Assembly (NCBI GenBank): GCA_964187785.1
Contig: OZ076409.1
Coordinates: 39,434,001 to 39,498,000, forward strand
Reading direction: 5' to 3'
Source of the DNA: Amphiscolops sp. MND2022
Taxonomy: Eukaryota
DNA length: 64,000 bases
Shown: piece by piece, positions 51,140 to 64,000 of the stretch
Position numbering within the stretch: the stretch's first letter is position 1
How the letters are laid out: each line of letters begins with the position of its first letter
The notes under the pieces: model-generated
The model's database searches: none
What the model saw: only the letters and a program-made list of their open reading frames with translations
What the model was told of the DNA's origin: nothing
Translations under genes and position numbers: made by a program

Positions 51140-51849
51140 GAGTGAAGTTGTGCATGTTTTGCTAGGTATAAGCTAAAGGTCGATCAGAAACTCCGCAAAT
51201 GGGTGACTTTAATCGAAGTTTTAGCAAGTATTTGTGAAGCACAAAGTATCAGGGGAATCCATTTTTATCTTCGCCGAACAAACGAAATGCCTCTAAGTTT
51301 TGAAAAGGAATGAGCAACCCGGAAAAGGACAATCAATCCTGGATGAAGCTGAGACTTTTAGGTTGGTTGAAGAGTTCGCAGGTTAGTTACATTGTAGTTA
51401 GTTACTCTACAATCGAAGTGTTACTTTTGTAACGTCAATAATTGGTACAAAGATCCAAAAAGAGTTTTATTAACTTTCGTTTGTGAATTTTGAAGGTCTG
51501 GGTCAATGGCGGACCAGTATATGTCTCACCGACAGCCACAAACGTTTACCGGCGGACGAGGCCGCTGCATTGACCAAAAAAATATTAAGAAAGGAAAATT
51601 TTTTATTTTCGGAGAGCGCTTGTGTTCAACAATTAAAACACACAGGATGCGGGAAATCTAAAAACACATGTGGAAATAATTACAAAACGAGTCGGAGAAA
51701 CATGCATCTAAGATACGTGTATGAATCTTTACAGTTTTGAAGTAATATTGAACTCATTTATTTGACGCAGGCTCTTCAAAATCAAATAAATTCTATTCAA
51801 AACAGTCATCACTGTAAATGTATATAGCTATATGTAAAAACTCTGTAGG

Positions 51850-54300
51850 CACCTCTTTGCGGGGGATTTAAATTTGGGTTTAGTTTTCAGTTTGGGTGAG
51901 CAACAGTTTGTTGAAGTGAAAACTTGACCTGTAAGGTTCTTCAGAGTTTATGCAGGAATTGATGAAATCTTTCAATATTTTGCACTCGGTATCGTCGAAA
52001 TTGACAAGGGGGCCAATTTTGTTAAGACGGAAAATGGGAATTTTGCTAGCTGCAGACAAAGAGTTAGTGGTATGGGATGTCTTCATCACTACATGAGCAT
52101 TTCCGGGAGTAACATTTGCTTAATTTCCATTTGGTCTCATTGATGATCGTCGTGTTGGCCATCAGAAGGCCGCAGATGCGATTTGCCTAACAAAGATTTT
52201 CCCCACTAAGGGCAGGGTTACCAACAGCGGGTTCGAGTAAATGAAGTATTTAAGGAAGATATCAGTCAGTGGGCTCTTCCATCGGTTCAAATTTGCTATC
52301 ATCGATTCAGGGGTGTAACCAATTTTAATTGTTTCCCCAGAACTTTCAAGGACGCAACTATTTCTGCGATTTTGGGTTAATGCTTGGTTGTGGACTGCCT
52401 GTATTAGGTCGTTTTTGCTTCGTTTTGAAAAAAACTTTGACTGCTACACTTCGGCTAAAAATTTCAATTGGTGGGATTCCTGTGAGAGCGTCAAGTGTAT
52501 CAATAGGTGGCCAAAAACAGTTTCCGAAGATCTACTGCAGGATTTTGTTTTTGAAGGGTTGTGTAGTTATTTGATGTACTTTTGTGCCCATATAAGTGAT
52601 CCACATAAAACTTACTTGGGGCTTTTAAGAGTACTGAATAGGTGTGAGGAGTAAAGACCTATGTTAATCTGATCTTTTCAGGAACGAAGGAAAACGTCAT
52701 TCATTTTTATCATCATTCCACTTGTTTTCAGATTTTCCAAGTTATAGATCAAACTATTGAGCCACACACTGCGTGCGTTTTTTCCCATTCGCATTCGAGA
52801 TCGAGTCTAATGAGGTATACATGTTTTTTCTTTCTTCTTTGAAACCCTTCTTTTTCTTCTTCAAGGATAGTTTCTTCCTCAAGGAAGGTTCGCAGTCGTC
52901 GCTCAATCATACTTTCGAACAACTTTCTATCGAGGCTTGTTATTGATATGGGTCGCAAACTTGATACCATGCGCTCTTATCAGCTTTCTTGACGAAAATA
53001 TTCTTTGAGGTTCCCATGGCCAAATTAGTTTTTTCCAGCACATTTTGAATAAATCGAGAACTGCCAACTTGGTATTTGGTCCCCAGTTTTGCACCAATTT
53101 GACATGGATGAGATCGTTTTCGAACAAGCTGCTTTTGACAATTTTCAAGGCTCTCTCCAGGTCAGTAAGTGTGAGTTCATCTTGTCACATCACCAATGTC
53201 TCATCCTGCGATAAGATATGGGCTTCCGTTTGCAGATACTTCCCTGTTTTTTGACGATGATCTTCGTCACTGCTGTTTTTTTAAGTATACAGCTTCAAAG
53301 AAAATCGGTTTTGAATGTTCGACAATATCCGTCTGTTCGCAAAGCAACTTTCCTTTGGAGTCTTTATTAGGGCCCATCTCGCAACTTTTTAATTGAAAAG
53401 TTATTGTAAATTGACCAGAAGTGCTTTCCGTGTTTGTGTCCAATTCTTACACATCCATGTTGATGCGCTCTCTGACAGTAATTTTTTGAAGTTATCTCTA
53501 GCTTTTGCTAGATGTTGACCCCTTCGGTAGTTGTAGTTGTATTTGATCTTGCGCCTCAAGACTCTTAACTAATAACTGGCTTTGCTGAGTTTCTCGTTCC
53601 AGGAAAACTTGTTGTTTCTATTAGTTCATTTTGTCGATAAGTAGAGATTCGTAGCTTCCGTCAGTAAGCGTTTAAGTGATTCTGATTTCCAAAGAAAATT
53701 GGTTCCCATTTTTCAATGATTTCCGTGGTTTCTGTTTCGGTCAGGAATTCAAGATGGATAGTGCCTCTAACTAACGTGAAGGCGTTTCACTGGAAAGCTG
53801 CTTGCAAATTGTTTTTGATAGCGACGCTGTTTGCACAAAAGTGTTCGTGCAATCAAGGTTTTGTTCAGATGAAGACCAGGTTGTTAATCAGCTGTTTTCA
53901 ATTGTTATAGAAGACGTGATTCGGCTGGTGAAATTTTTAGTTCGTCGATGTTGTTTTGGAGAGTATCGAACCCATTTTGGTCTTCTAGTTTTTGTTCCTA
54001 GATATTGTTCGGTCTGGAAGTTAAGTTTGTCAGAAGCTCCACTAGGCTGGTGCCTTTCAGAAGTGCTTCACATGATTTGCAATACCAGTGGACGGCATTG
54101 TATTTGTGCAATGTGGGCAGATCCTCTTGTTTGATTTCGGCACAGGAGTTATGCCACCAGATATTACAGCTGTTGCAAAAGATTGATTTACCGTTTTTCT
54201 TGCAATTTTGCTTGAAATTGCTATATTTGTCCTCAGTCGAAAAGTTGATTTCTTTCGAGTCATGAACCCCACCAGTAATGTTAGAGATCGCTGACGACAA
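51850..54300 (-). mobile_element. Decayed LINE with PHD-finger ORF1 and RT remnants
   Basis: CKKNGKSIFCNSCNIWWHNSC..WYCKSC; SLRPISITSL.RKLFESMIERRL..EGFQ. Confidence 0.7.
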
Positions 54301-54859
54301 ATTACGTCATCAAAAACTCATACTCCACATGACTTTAATATGTAATATCTCCGCTAAAATGATTAAATACCTGACATTATGTAACCAATGTACATTTTTT
54401 CGAAATTTATCGTTTTGCCAAAAAAATCTACAACTCACGATGTTTTCACAACGACTTCAGAGATCCCCAGATTAGGTAAGCAACTACGCAATACCTATAC
54501 CTCTTTGAAGTCACAACTTTGGAAAGACTCACTAATTCGAAAAATTAACACTGGAAGGCCTCTAGTCTCTTCCTGGTCCTCGTTTTGTCCGAGGGTATGT
54601 TTTTGTACGATCGTGTTTCCTGGATGAGTTTCTTGTGGTTTGTCTTTTGTCGGAGAACTATGGACAGAATTTTGTATTCGATTTTAACTGCAGGGTGAAT
54701 TTTTTTAACTTCACTTGCAGTTTCTAAATTCCGAAAGTTCGTTTGACAAGAATGTGTTTCTCCGCTTGGATGATGAGAACATTTCTCGCTTGAAGTTGTT
54801 TCAATAGGTTTAATTTCATTTCGTTTTTTAAATTTTTTATGTTATGCACTATTGAACGG

Positions 54860-55120
54860 GATATGGTTTGCGGAAGGGTTTTTTAGGGAGGGATGACACG
54901 GAGTTTTTAGGAGTTTTTGCTACAATCGTGCAAGAATATAATCTCCGAGGATCTTGATTTGGTAAAAAACTTGTTGGGTTTGTTGCATCCGAGAACTGCG
55001 AATATCGAAGGTTAGACCACTCATAGCAATCGTGTTTTGACAGATGTGGTGTTTTGATCATTGTGGAATTTGTTTGAATATGTTGTCCAATGAACTAGCA
55101 CCAACGATTGAGACCATCCA
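54860..55120 (-). pseudogene. Degenerate SGNH-like ORF relic (IVGASSL family)
   Basis: VSIVGASSL..TIAMSGLTFD..HDCSKNS, read across frameshifts. Confidence 0.3.
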
Positions 55121-56199
55121 GGAGGAAAAGGAAAACTTGAATGAAGTGATAGAAATAAACTTGGAACGAACTAACAGTCAATTTTGACGGAACCCTTTGC
55201 AAACCGGTGATGGTCCAAGCCATTTCGTTGAAATTCATCCGAGTGCAGCTGATTTTTGATAGTTCGTTTCAACTTTGAGAAAATCTTGAAAGTGGAGAAA
55301 AGTATGACAAGTGGGCTAATTTGCAAAGTTTTTCTTCGAATTGATCCCCCTTTGGGTAACTTTTAAGTAATTTCTATTTCACGTGAGCGCTTCTCGTGAG
55401 ATGAAGCCCGTCCATTACAGTGAGTAGTTTTTCCTTCAGTCTCACACTGAAGCGTCTTTTTTGTGCTTTTCGTTTGTTTCCTCCAAAATGAAACACAAAC
55501 CAGGAAACCCTTGTTAAACATAGTACATTTATACGTTAATTGATTTTTCCGACTTGAGACGCGTTCATTGGATTTAGGTAATCGCTTAGGAGGGTTAGCA
55601 AGAAGAACAGCTCTTTCTTTATTAATCGAACAAACAAATTTTATGGAAAAAAACACCTTTTTCATTTTTTTACTTTTTCTCATGTTAACTACTGAAGTGG
55701 ACCCAGATATTACTTCTTTCGACCCATAATTGATCTGGAATTGCTTAGATTTATTATATATAGAATTATGATTATAGAGTTATAAATGAAAATCTTATCA
55801 TTGAAATCATCAACAAAGTATGATGAAAGTTTTGAAAACGAAACAGCTGTTCGGTCAAATTGAAAACGAATCAGGACTCACAATACCAAAAAAAAATCCA
55901 AAGGGGGCACTCTTTGGCTTCAAATGATTTTCTATCAACTCTAAATATCCTGATAAAATGAAAGAAGGAACATTTTGATTTAAAAAATGTGAATCATGGA
56001 CACCCTTCATGTATGGGATACTCCAAGGAAGAATTCCATTTTCTAGTGAGGGTCCAAATGTGGTCATTTTGTGCAACTTACGTCTACCCAATGCACACAA
56101 AATTCTGCAACCCGTGAAACGTGCCCTGATGTTGTGAGGGACGGGGCAGACCTCAAGCAGCCACCCCGACAGCGGAACCCCCTAAAACTAAGTATTCAA

Positions 56200-59100
56200 A
56201 TGTTGATAAAAGCTATGATCGCCAGTTAGTGGAATACCCGAACTGAAAAACTCAAACCTGAATTTAAGCAAACAGGGCAACGTGACGCTGGGTCTCAAAG
56301 AAGTTTTCGAGCACAATCAAAAGATGATCTTCGAGGTTGTAAACTATCTGCGAGTTGATAAAATTAAAGTTACCGAAATTTACAGGCTTGGAAGCTTTAC
56401 TTCAATGGCTTCTGGTCCCTGGCAAAAGGTAGTTAAGTTCCAAACTATTTACCATGATGATAAACCACTCGCACGTGCATCCATTTCGAAAAATGACCCA
56501 CCTGGTCTGAACGATATTGCTGACAAAGTTTACATCGCCAATTCTCTAAACAGAGAACTGCAATTGTTGGAGCAAAACTCTTGAAGAAGAGAAAACAATA
56601 GATAGACGTACCGAAAAAAGACGCCAAGTTATTCGTTCTCTGAAACAGTACTCTATGCGTGAACAAGAAAGCATACGAAATTAACGATTCCGTAAATTGA
56701 AGGTCAAATATCTCGCATGAACTTCGTTTGATGTGTTACAAGATTAGAAGCTCATATAAAGTAGACCGGCGATCAACTTTGGCAAATTTTTTACTAGTGA
56801 ATGACTACGATGTTATATGCATTTGCGAAACATGGCATACGAAAAACGAATTGTTTCTATATCAAACCACTGTTTTTACGCAAATCGCAAAGCATCAACT
56901 AAGTCTCCTGCAAGTGGTACATCTAGTACAACTAACACTACTGCACACGATGGAACCATCATTTGTATTGAAAAGACTATAAATGCTCATAAGCAAAATT
57001 TCAGTTAGGATGTAGATGGTTCTGTTACTGTTTGTGCTCTGACCTTGGGAAACAAGAGAAGTTTATTTTTGAGTTATTTGCCTCCTGTAAATGGCAAAGA
57101 CCGTGTAACATAGCTAAGACATTCTTATTTTGATGACAAATGAACTAATCAGACGAACTTTTTACCTATTTAACCTTAAAGCAATTATATTCATGACATA
57201 TCTTTAAACTTTGAAACATGTGATGATCATTTCCAAACAAACAACTATAATAAGATTTGTGAATAGAGAAAACATCAGAGCTGACGATAACTTGACAATT
57301 TGCATGGTTCTGTTTTCCTAAGGCAAAATAGAAACTAATCTGAGGGTTGTGATACAAACTTGACCGGTTTTATTCCTGCATACAGCCGCCAGACAGAAAT
57401 ATATAACTTGAAAGGAGGATCATAAGTTGGTGACAGGAGCAAAACAATCCTCAAAATGCAATACAGAGAAGAACTCTCTTTTTTGTGTTGAAAAGCTCTC
57501 ACCACGACCAACCACCCGCGGTATCCAGTCACATCATGCACGCCCAGCACCAGATCTTCATCCACGAGGCTGTTTAAAACTGAAACAAACACGGCACGGC
57601 AGAAACTGGAAACTACAGAAATTAGCGAAAGTTTTTTGTGAACTTCTTCAATTGAACGAATTTTGATTGTACGATATCTCTATTCAATTCCATGATGACT
57701 TCAGTATGCCAGTACGAATACACTCAGTGAGTCTGATTTCAACTGTTTTCAAGTGAACTTTGTCTCACGTCGGTTACTTTTTTTATAACTCAACTGTAAT
57801 TCGCTGTAAAATATTTCTTCTTCTTCACTATTGCAAACTTCCTCTTTTTACTAGAAACTGTAATTGTTGTAACAACTCTAAAAATAGAATTCGAAGAATA
57901 AAACTTATCTTGTTTTGTTTCGAAAGTTCACAATTTGTTGTTCAGTTTCTCAAGTTCAAAGTGCAAGTCAGTGTTCGACTGTAATTCACGCACTTTGATC
58001 AACATTTTTTCAATTTTATTTTTGTCACTGACTACAATTTTAAATTTGTTCCATACGTCACTTTCTATTTTACACCTAGCTCTAAAAATCATGACCGCCT
58101 TACCTCGACTCTCGCTAACACGGTACTCTCGTTCAAAAAAGGAAATTTTCTCCGTGAATTTAAACATTTGTTACGAAGTTTCTTAACAGTAGCTGCGATA
58201 CCGCAAGCGCAACAAGCAAACTTTTTACAACATTAACACTAGCAACCCGTGCGGACTTAGATTTTTTGTTAACTGCTCTGCGTGATCTTTTTGTAACCCG
58301 AGGCTTCGAGAATTGAATTTTCCAAAACTTGAAAACTTTGATCCGGAAACAGACAACCGAGAAACTTTTTCAGTCACGTTACAGACAAAAGCACTCAACG
58401 TTTATCTGGATCAAAATCTACCAGCAGTAGCACCCATTAACTGTGCGTGCCGCACCGTATGCAGCAGCGGAACAAACAAGATTTGACTCTGAAACAGCGA
58501 AACGAGCGGGAAGAAACTTTTCGCGCAACGAGCACGTTCTGCTGAGATTTGGAGGCATTTTGCAGAGAAAACAACAGAGCTTGGAACAACCGGAAAAGAC
58601 AGCGGTTGAAGATTTGTGTATGTTCGCTCGCAAACATTTTCGATCTATCACCTTTGTTAGATTGAAGATTCGGTAATGAATGCTTTCAAAGAAGTGCGAC
58701 CTTCAGTATCTGCTACATTAGTTACAGCTCTTACAAAAGTGCGCCATAGCCAAAAAAACTAGAAACAATAGACTGAAGAAAAAGTCCAAAAACTAGAGGA
58801 GCAAACTACGACTTTCGGCAATCGGTTAAAAAATCAGCAAAACCAAAATAATTCGCAACGCGACTCTCAAAATTATCATGGCCAAAACTATCGCGGAAGT
58901 CGAGGGAATTACCGTGGTCTCTATTGCGGCAAACACCGTTAAAACCGAAGTCGCGGTTACCAAGGTTGAGGAAGACCTTGGCTGAACAATTACGGCAGTA
59001 ATTATAAACAGTCTTATCGAACTTATCGAATCTCGAATTATAATCACAATCAAAATAATCAGCAGCAATCGCCAAATCCGAAACAAGAAAACTCTTATCA

Positions 59101-62100
59101 AGAAATTTTTGATCAAGGTTCATCACAAACTACATTCAAAGTTTTTACTCCGGATCCGAATTACATACCATATACGCAACAATCAACACAAACTTGCTAT
59201 AATTGCGAAAATCCAAATCATCTAGCAAAGAATTGTCGCACGCAAGGTAACCCACCACAAAAGAAGCTGAAACGCTGTTCCATCAAAATAAAAAAATGAA
59301 AGTGCTGCACAAGATTCCACAGATCATGTTTTTACCAGAAAACCAGTCTAATGATCCAAACACAAGTGATATAGGAATAAACGAGCCATATATATGTATC
59401 ATCTATTTTGTCTCTTGAAGGTGAAAACCCTTCTATCTTTAAATTTAAATTTTACCGCAAATTCGTCGGAGAGCCCTTATTGATACTGGCACATTGCCTC
59501 AAAATTTATCCGACGAATTACGATCGAATAATCCAAAATTGAACAAAAATGGGACCCCAAACTTTACGTCTGTAGGCATGGCTTCAGTACAACGAGTGTC
59601 AGTTTACACTCAGGTGAACCTAACATTTTGCATTGGATTTCATTCATTTACAGATAGCTATTTCTTCTACTGAAAACGAATAGTGTAATTTTGGGAAACT
59701 CTTTCTTTAAAAAACAAAACATTACAATCGACCCGGAAAACAACTAATTGAAACTCCCGGTTCATCCTAATGAAGTGAAACCGGACGCAGGGAAAAAACA
59801 ACAGTGTGTGAAAAAACTGAAAAAAACCCTATCCAAATGAGCAAAATGGTAAATATCGGACAGCAGCAAAAGTCCTTCTTGAATGACAATTGGATGAATA
59901 CACTGACCAGTAAGCTAATTGCACAGGGTTAGTAACTCCAAACAAGAATCTCTAGCTAAAGGCCAATATTGCATTAACTTTGTCTCTGAGCAAGACGGAT
60001 GATGACAATAAAATGTACAAGTTTGTCCAATTCCCAGACTACCCTAAAGAGCAAAAAGGAAGTTGCACTTTTTGAAATTTTGCGCCAGTCACAGTCCGAT
60101 TATCTCCTTGAAATAGATCCACAGTTTATGGCACTATCAAAAAGGAGAAAACCTGACGATTTTGTAAATGAACTCAATCAGCTAATTCATGATATACAAT
60201 TTCTAAAATTATACAATGACAATGGTCAGTCACCACCAGAATACTCGAAGCTCTAGTTTCCATCGCTCAAAACATTTCAAATTTCTATCCTCTGCAACGT
60301 GAAACTTACGACCAAGTTTTTCAACTTCAACGTTGTGAAACAATAATCTTAAAACCTATTTCACAAGATAGACAGGACGTTTCGGAAAATTTTGCGTGGG
60401 ATACACGTATTATGAGCGCTGCTGAAACACTAAAATTGGAGGACTTCTTTGTTGAATATCATGACATTTTTGCAAAACATCGCTTCGATGTTGGGTATAT
60501 CACTGAATTGAAGATCAAATTACAGCCTGCTCATCAATTTCCGGTATGTGTTCAAGGTCTACCAGCACTGATTCATATGCGTGACGAACTTTCAGTTGAA
60601 TTGGCATTAATACAAAATTTTAACATCATAACCACGTGGTCACACTCCAAATTTTCTAGTCCTATATTCGTAAATTGCAAACCATTTGCCAAGCATGTCC
60701 TTACTTCACGATCCTTCAGATCTATCATTCATTTAGCATTGAAACTGATCAAAACAAAGCCTTTTATATGTTTTCTTTTGCAGTAATATTTAAACTAAAA
60801 TTTCAGTAAATTTTGGCTCTACAATATCCAATTGGACTGGATGGGATGAAATATACAGCTCTTTCACGACTACATGAACTTTGGATTTGTGCTGCTCCCC
60901 AACTCTTCTTTGGACTCTTGAAAAAGAACAAGTGAACCTGAAATACTCAACTTGGTGACTTCAGCTTTAATCCTCTTCGCTACACTGCTCCCCAGACTGT
61001 ATGATAGCTTTTCTCCAGAAGCCGGAAGTTTTTGGATGTGAAGAAGTGTAACATAGCCGAAACATTCCTATTTTGTGGAAAAATGAACTAATCAAACGAA
61101 ATCTTTAACGATTTGACGTTGAAGCTATGTTACAGATGACGAAACTAAACTTTGATTTGTTTCATCAATATCTTCAAACAAATAACTATAATAAACTTTA
61201 GGAATAGAGAAAACATCAGTGCTGACTATAACTTGACAATTGCATGGCTGTGTTTTCTATAAGCAAACTAGAAAGTATTCTGAAGGTTGTGATCCATGCT
61301 TCGAACACTTGACTGCTCTCTATTTCTGCATTCAGCCAAAAACATATATTTTAAGAGGAGGAATCCAAACTACCGCTATGACATAGAACTCCTGGGAGAA
61401 TTCTCCAAAACTTCAAAGCACCATTTAAAGCTCTTCGAAAACACAAAAATCTACAGAAGTGCCAACTTCCCATCAATAAACTGGAATAAAATGTCGTCGG
61501 ACGACAATCATCATCTGGAACAAGTTCTCATTCAACGCACAGAGTCAAACGGACAATATCAGAAGGTAGATTTCTCTACCTATCGCCTCTCCTGGACTTT
61601 TATATAGATTTATTCCTGATATCCAAAAACGTTGATACTATCAACAATTAACAAATCGAAAACCATAAGCTATCAAAGCTTTCAACCCATTTTCCTTTTG
61701 AAATCACCCTCAGCGATATTTCAAACTGCCTGTTGAACTGTATTTCCACTGGAAATCTTCACTACAGTTTTTGCAAAGGCGATTACGATGGATGTTCTAA
61801 ATTCTTACTTCAAAATGTGTTCCAAAGTTATTGCTGGTCAAATCCGAAAAAAATTGTCGAGTAGTCGTATCAACAGATAGACACCGCTATTGCAAACTAT
61901 TTACCGAAAAGAAATAGGTACATTTTCTCCAAACCTCGGAAGAGGCCACAATTATTCCTATCTTCAAAAAAGGCAGATAAATCGAGAGTGGAAAACTACC
62001 GCCCTGTGTCCCTGCCTAATATTGTCCAATAATTTTTGAAAAAATCTTTAAAATTCGATCTCCCGACCCAGTTTGGCTTCAGGAAAGGTTACTCACAGGT

Positions 62101-62960
62101 TCTGCAACTAATCATTTTCCTCCAAAAGATTTACGACGGCGTTGAATCTGAGCAAAGTATCCATATCATTTACACCTACTTTAGCAAAGCCTCCGATAGA
62201 GTCGATCACGGCCTCCTACAGAAGCAAATTTATCTATTTGGAATTAGGAGAACAATGATCTTCGTCTTGAAATCATACCTGACAAACTGCAGTAAAAAAA
62301 TTTCAAGATCAAAATGCATCCTCAAACATTTTCGGATTAACAAGTGGAGTCCCTCAAGGCAGTACACTTAGCCCTTTTTTGATGTTTATTTACGACCTTC
62401 TATGTTTTGCTCTAAATCTAAACTCTTTGCAATTTGCTGACGATGCTATTTTTTTAGTATTGATGTGGAAACAAATTATACAAGCTGACCTTGATTCACA
62501 CTTTATCTGGACGCAAAAGAACAAATTACCTTCTAATATGGACAAGTGCGCACACATAGCTCTGGGCTGAGCCAGAAATCGTTACGCCTTGAGAAAGAAG
62601 TTGTTAAATCAGCATCAATCCAATCCGACCTTGGTTTCATTTTTTCAAGCGACCTCAAGTGGTATCTTCATATCGAAAAAGCCTGCTGAAAAGCAAATCG
62701 AGTGTTTCATATGATAAGAAAAAATGTATCAGATCTATCCATAAGAGCAAAATTGAACCTCCACAAATCAATGAGAGTGCCAGTTTTTGTGAATGCCTAC
62801 CCTTGTTACGGCCTCAGCAAATACGTTATCAGCGAATGTGAAATTAAGTTTATCAGAAAAGCGTCGTGAGATGGATTAACTCTGGGGGGAAAGTTAACCA
62901 GAAAAAGTTTTATTTCTGTCGATATTGCCTCTGCTATTTTAAATTCAACTAAACATCCTG
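56200..62960 (+). mobile_element. Decayed CR1/L2-type LINE split by a Gypsy insertion
   Basis: ORF1 IYRLG; endonuclease DVICICETW and YLPP; RT ENYRPVSL, QFGFRKG, FSKASDRVDH, SGVPQGS, QFADD. Confidence 0.75.
57104..61371 (+). mobile_element. Old, internally deleted Ty3/Gypsy LTR retrotransposon
   Basis: Diverged LTRs 57104-57427 and 61047-61371 starting TGTAACATAGC, TSD ACCG, PBS TGGTGACAGG, knuckle CYNCENPNHLAKNC, protease ALIDTG, RT N-terminus YHDIFAKHRFDVG. Confidence 0.85.
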
Positions 62961-63390
62961 TTATCATCTTAAATGTTTTTGGATCAAAATTAATTTAAAC
63001 TTTCGAGTGTACCTACGATTGCATCTTTTTCACGTTGGAATTGATTTCAGCTTCCAAGACCAAAGAAAAATTCCTCAGAAGGAATTTTCTTTTTCCAAAC
63101 TTGTCGATTAGCGAATGTGTCTGAAATCGATCTGCTGGCAGGAGCAAACATGAAGAAACGGGTTTTAACCACTTTTCTAGAATGGTAGATATCAAGTTTG
63201 TAGAAAACAAGTTTGACGAAGTAAGTCTGTAGAAAAGTGATTGTAAGTTTAGAGAAAAAAATCTACAAACTTACCTACCCTTAGTAAGTTTGTAGACTTC
63301 TACAAACTTGCTTTCTACAAAATTACTATACGCAAAAGTAGCTAAACTTGAAAAAATGGATGCACCTGGAAAGGTGCATGTGCTTGCACC

Positions 63391-64000
63391 TGTGGTAAGC
63401 GCGTAGATTCGGTTGGCTACCATTTTGGTAATCAAAGCGCTGCTCACTCCTATTGGTTTCTTAACCTTCTCACCATAAGTTTCTTCGGGGTATACTTCCG
63501 GTCTCTCGGACGGAAGGTTCCACCTATTCTGCGTCATTTGGCCCAATCCGGCATTCAGAACGGTTTGGATTCGTGGTAATATCTAATTACCGATCGCATC
63601 GCTAATCGCCTTTTGGATGTGGGTATTAACACCACTCATCATTTCGTCTAGTTCCCTAGACAACCTTGAATTTAGCTCACTTAACAGTTTATTGATCTCT
63701 GCACTGGACTTACCATCCAATGAATTTTGACCGTAATTGGTATTGATTTCGGGATTGATCTCCCTTGGATCTAACCGTCTGTTTTCACTATTTTTATCAA
63801 ACTCATCTCCGAGAGTACTTTCTTGTCTTCTGGCGCAATTACTATTGGGATCTCATCCCTTTCGTTTCTATTGAAGTTATTTTCTCCAAGCATAATGTCT
63901 AGGTTTTCTATATCTGAAAGTATTTCTTGTTCTCGAGACTTCCTAGCTCTCTTCTGTTTTCTAGTGGTAGGCATCAAAACAAAACCGGATTAAATATTGA
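63391..64000 (-). mobile_element. LTR-like unit with MPTTRKQKRARKSRE ORF family, running off the window end
   Basis: RKSREQEILSDIENLDIMLG and SELNSRLSRELDEMMSGVNTHIQKAIS match the 17138-17710 ORF. Confidence 0.5.

Noticed and set aside
63185..63335. TTTGTAGA/TCTACAAA palindromic cluster (also 38057-38180)
   Set aside because: Probably a degraded foldback MITE; no ends or TSD could be defined.

Overview
AT-rich, repeat-dominated animal (invertebrate) genomic DNA. Two spliced host genes lie on the minus strand: a divergent innexin (at least 4 coding exons, 15127->461) and ETFA (7 resolvable exons, 36753->32429). Most of the rest is transposable elements: a young, decayed 9.2 kb Bel/Pao LTR retrotransposon inside an innexin intron, a decayed Copia, an old Gypsy inserted into a CR1/L2-type LINE, CRE-like and PHD-ORF1 LINE relics, nested hAT, Tc1 and Mutator-like non-autonomous elements, Helentron/HINE-like repeats and a near-perfect 2.1 kb tandem duplication. 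The most striking observation is that each 1.27 kb Bel/Pao LTR contains a ~198-codon SGNH/GDSL hydrolase gene with all four catalytic blocks. The two copies carry different single lesions, so an intact consensus can be rebuilt. Other notable signals are non-canonical LTR termini (TG..AA, TT..AA), further LTR-like units carrying ORFs, degenerate SGNH-like relics, and one ~125 bp core shared by three MITEs with different ends. All calls were made by eye; no database searches were run.
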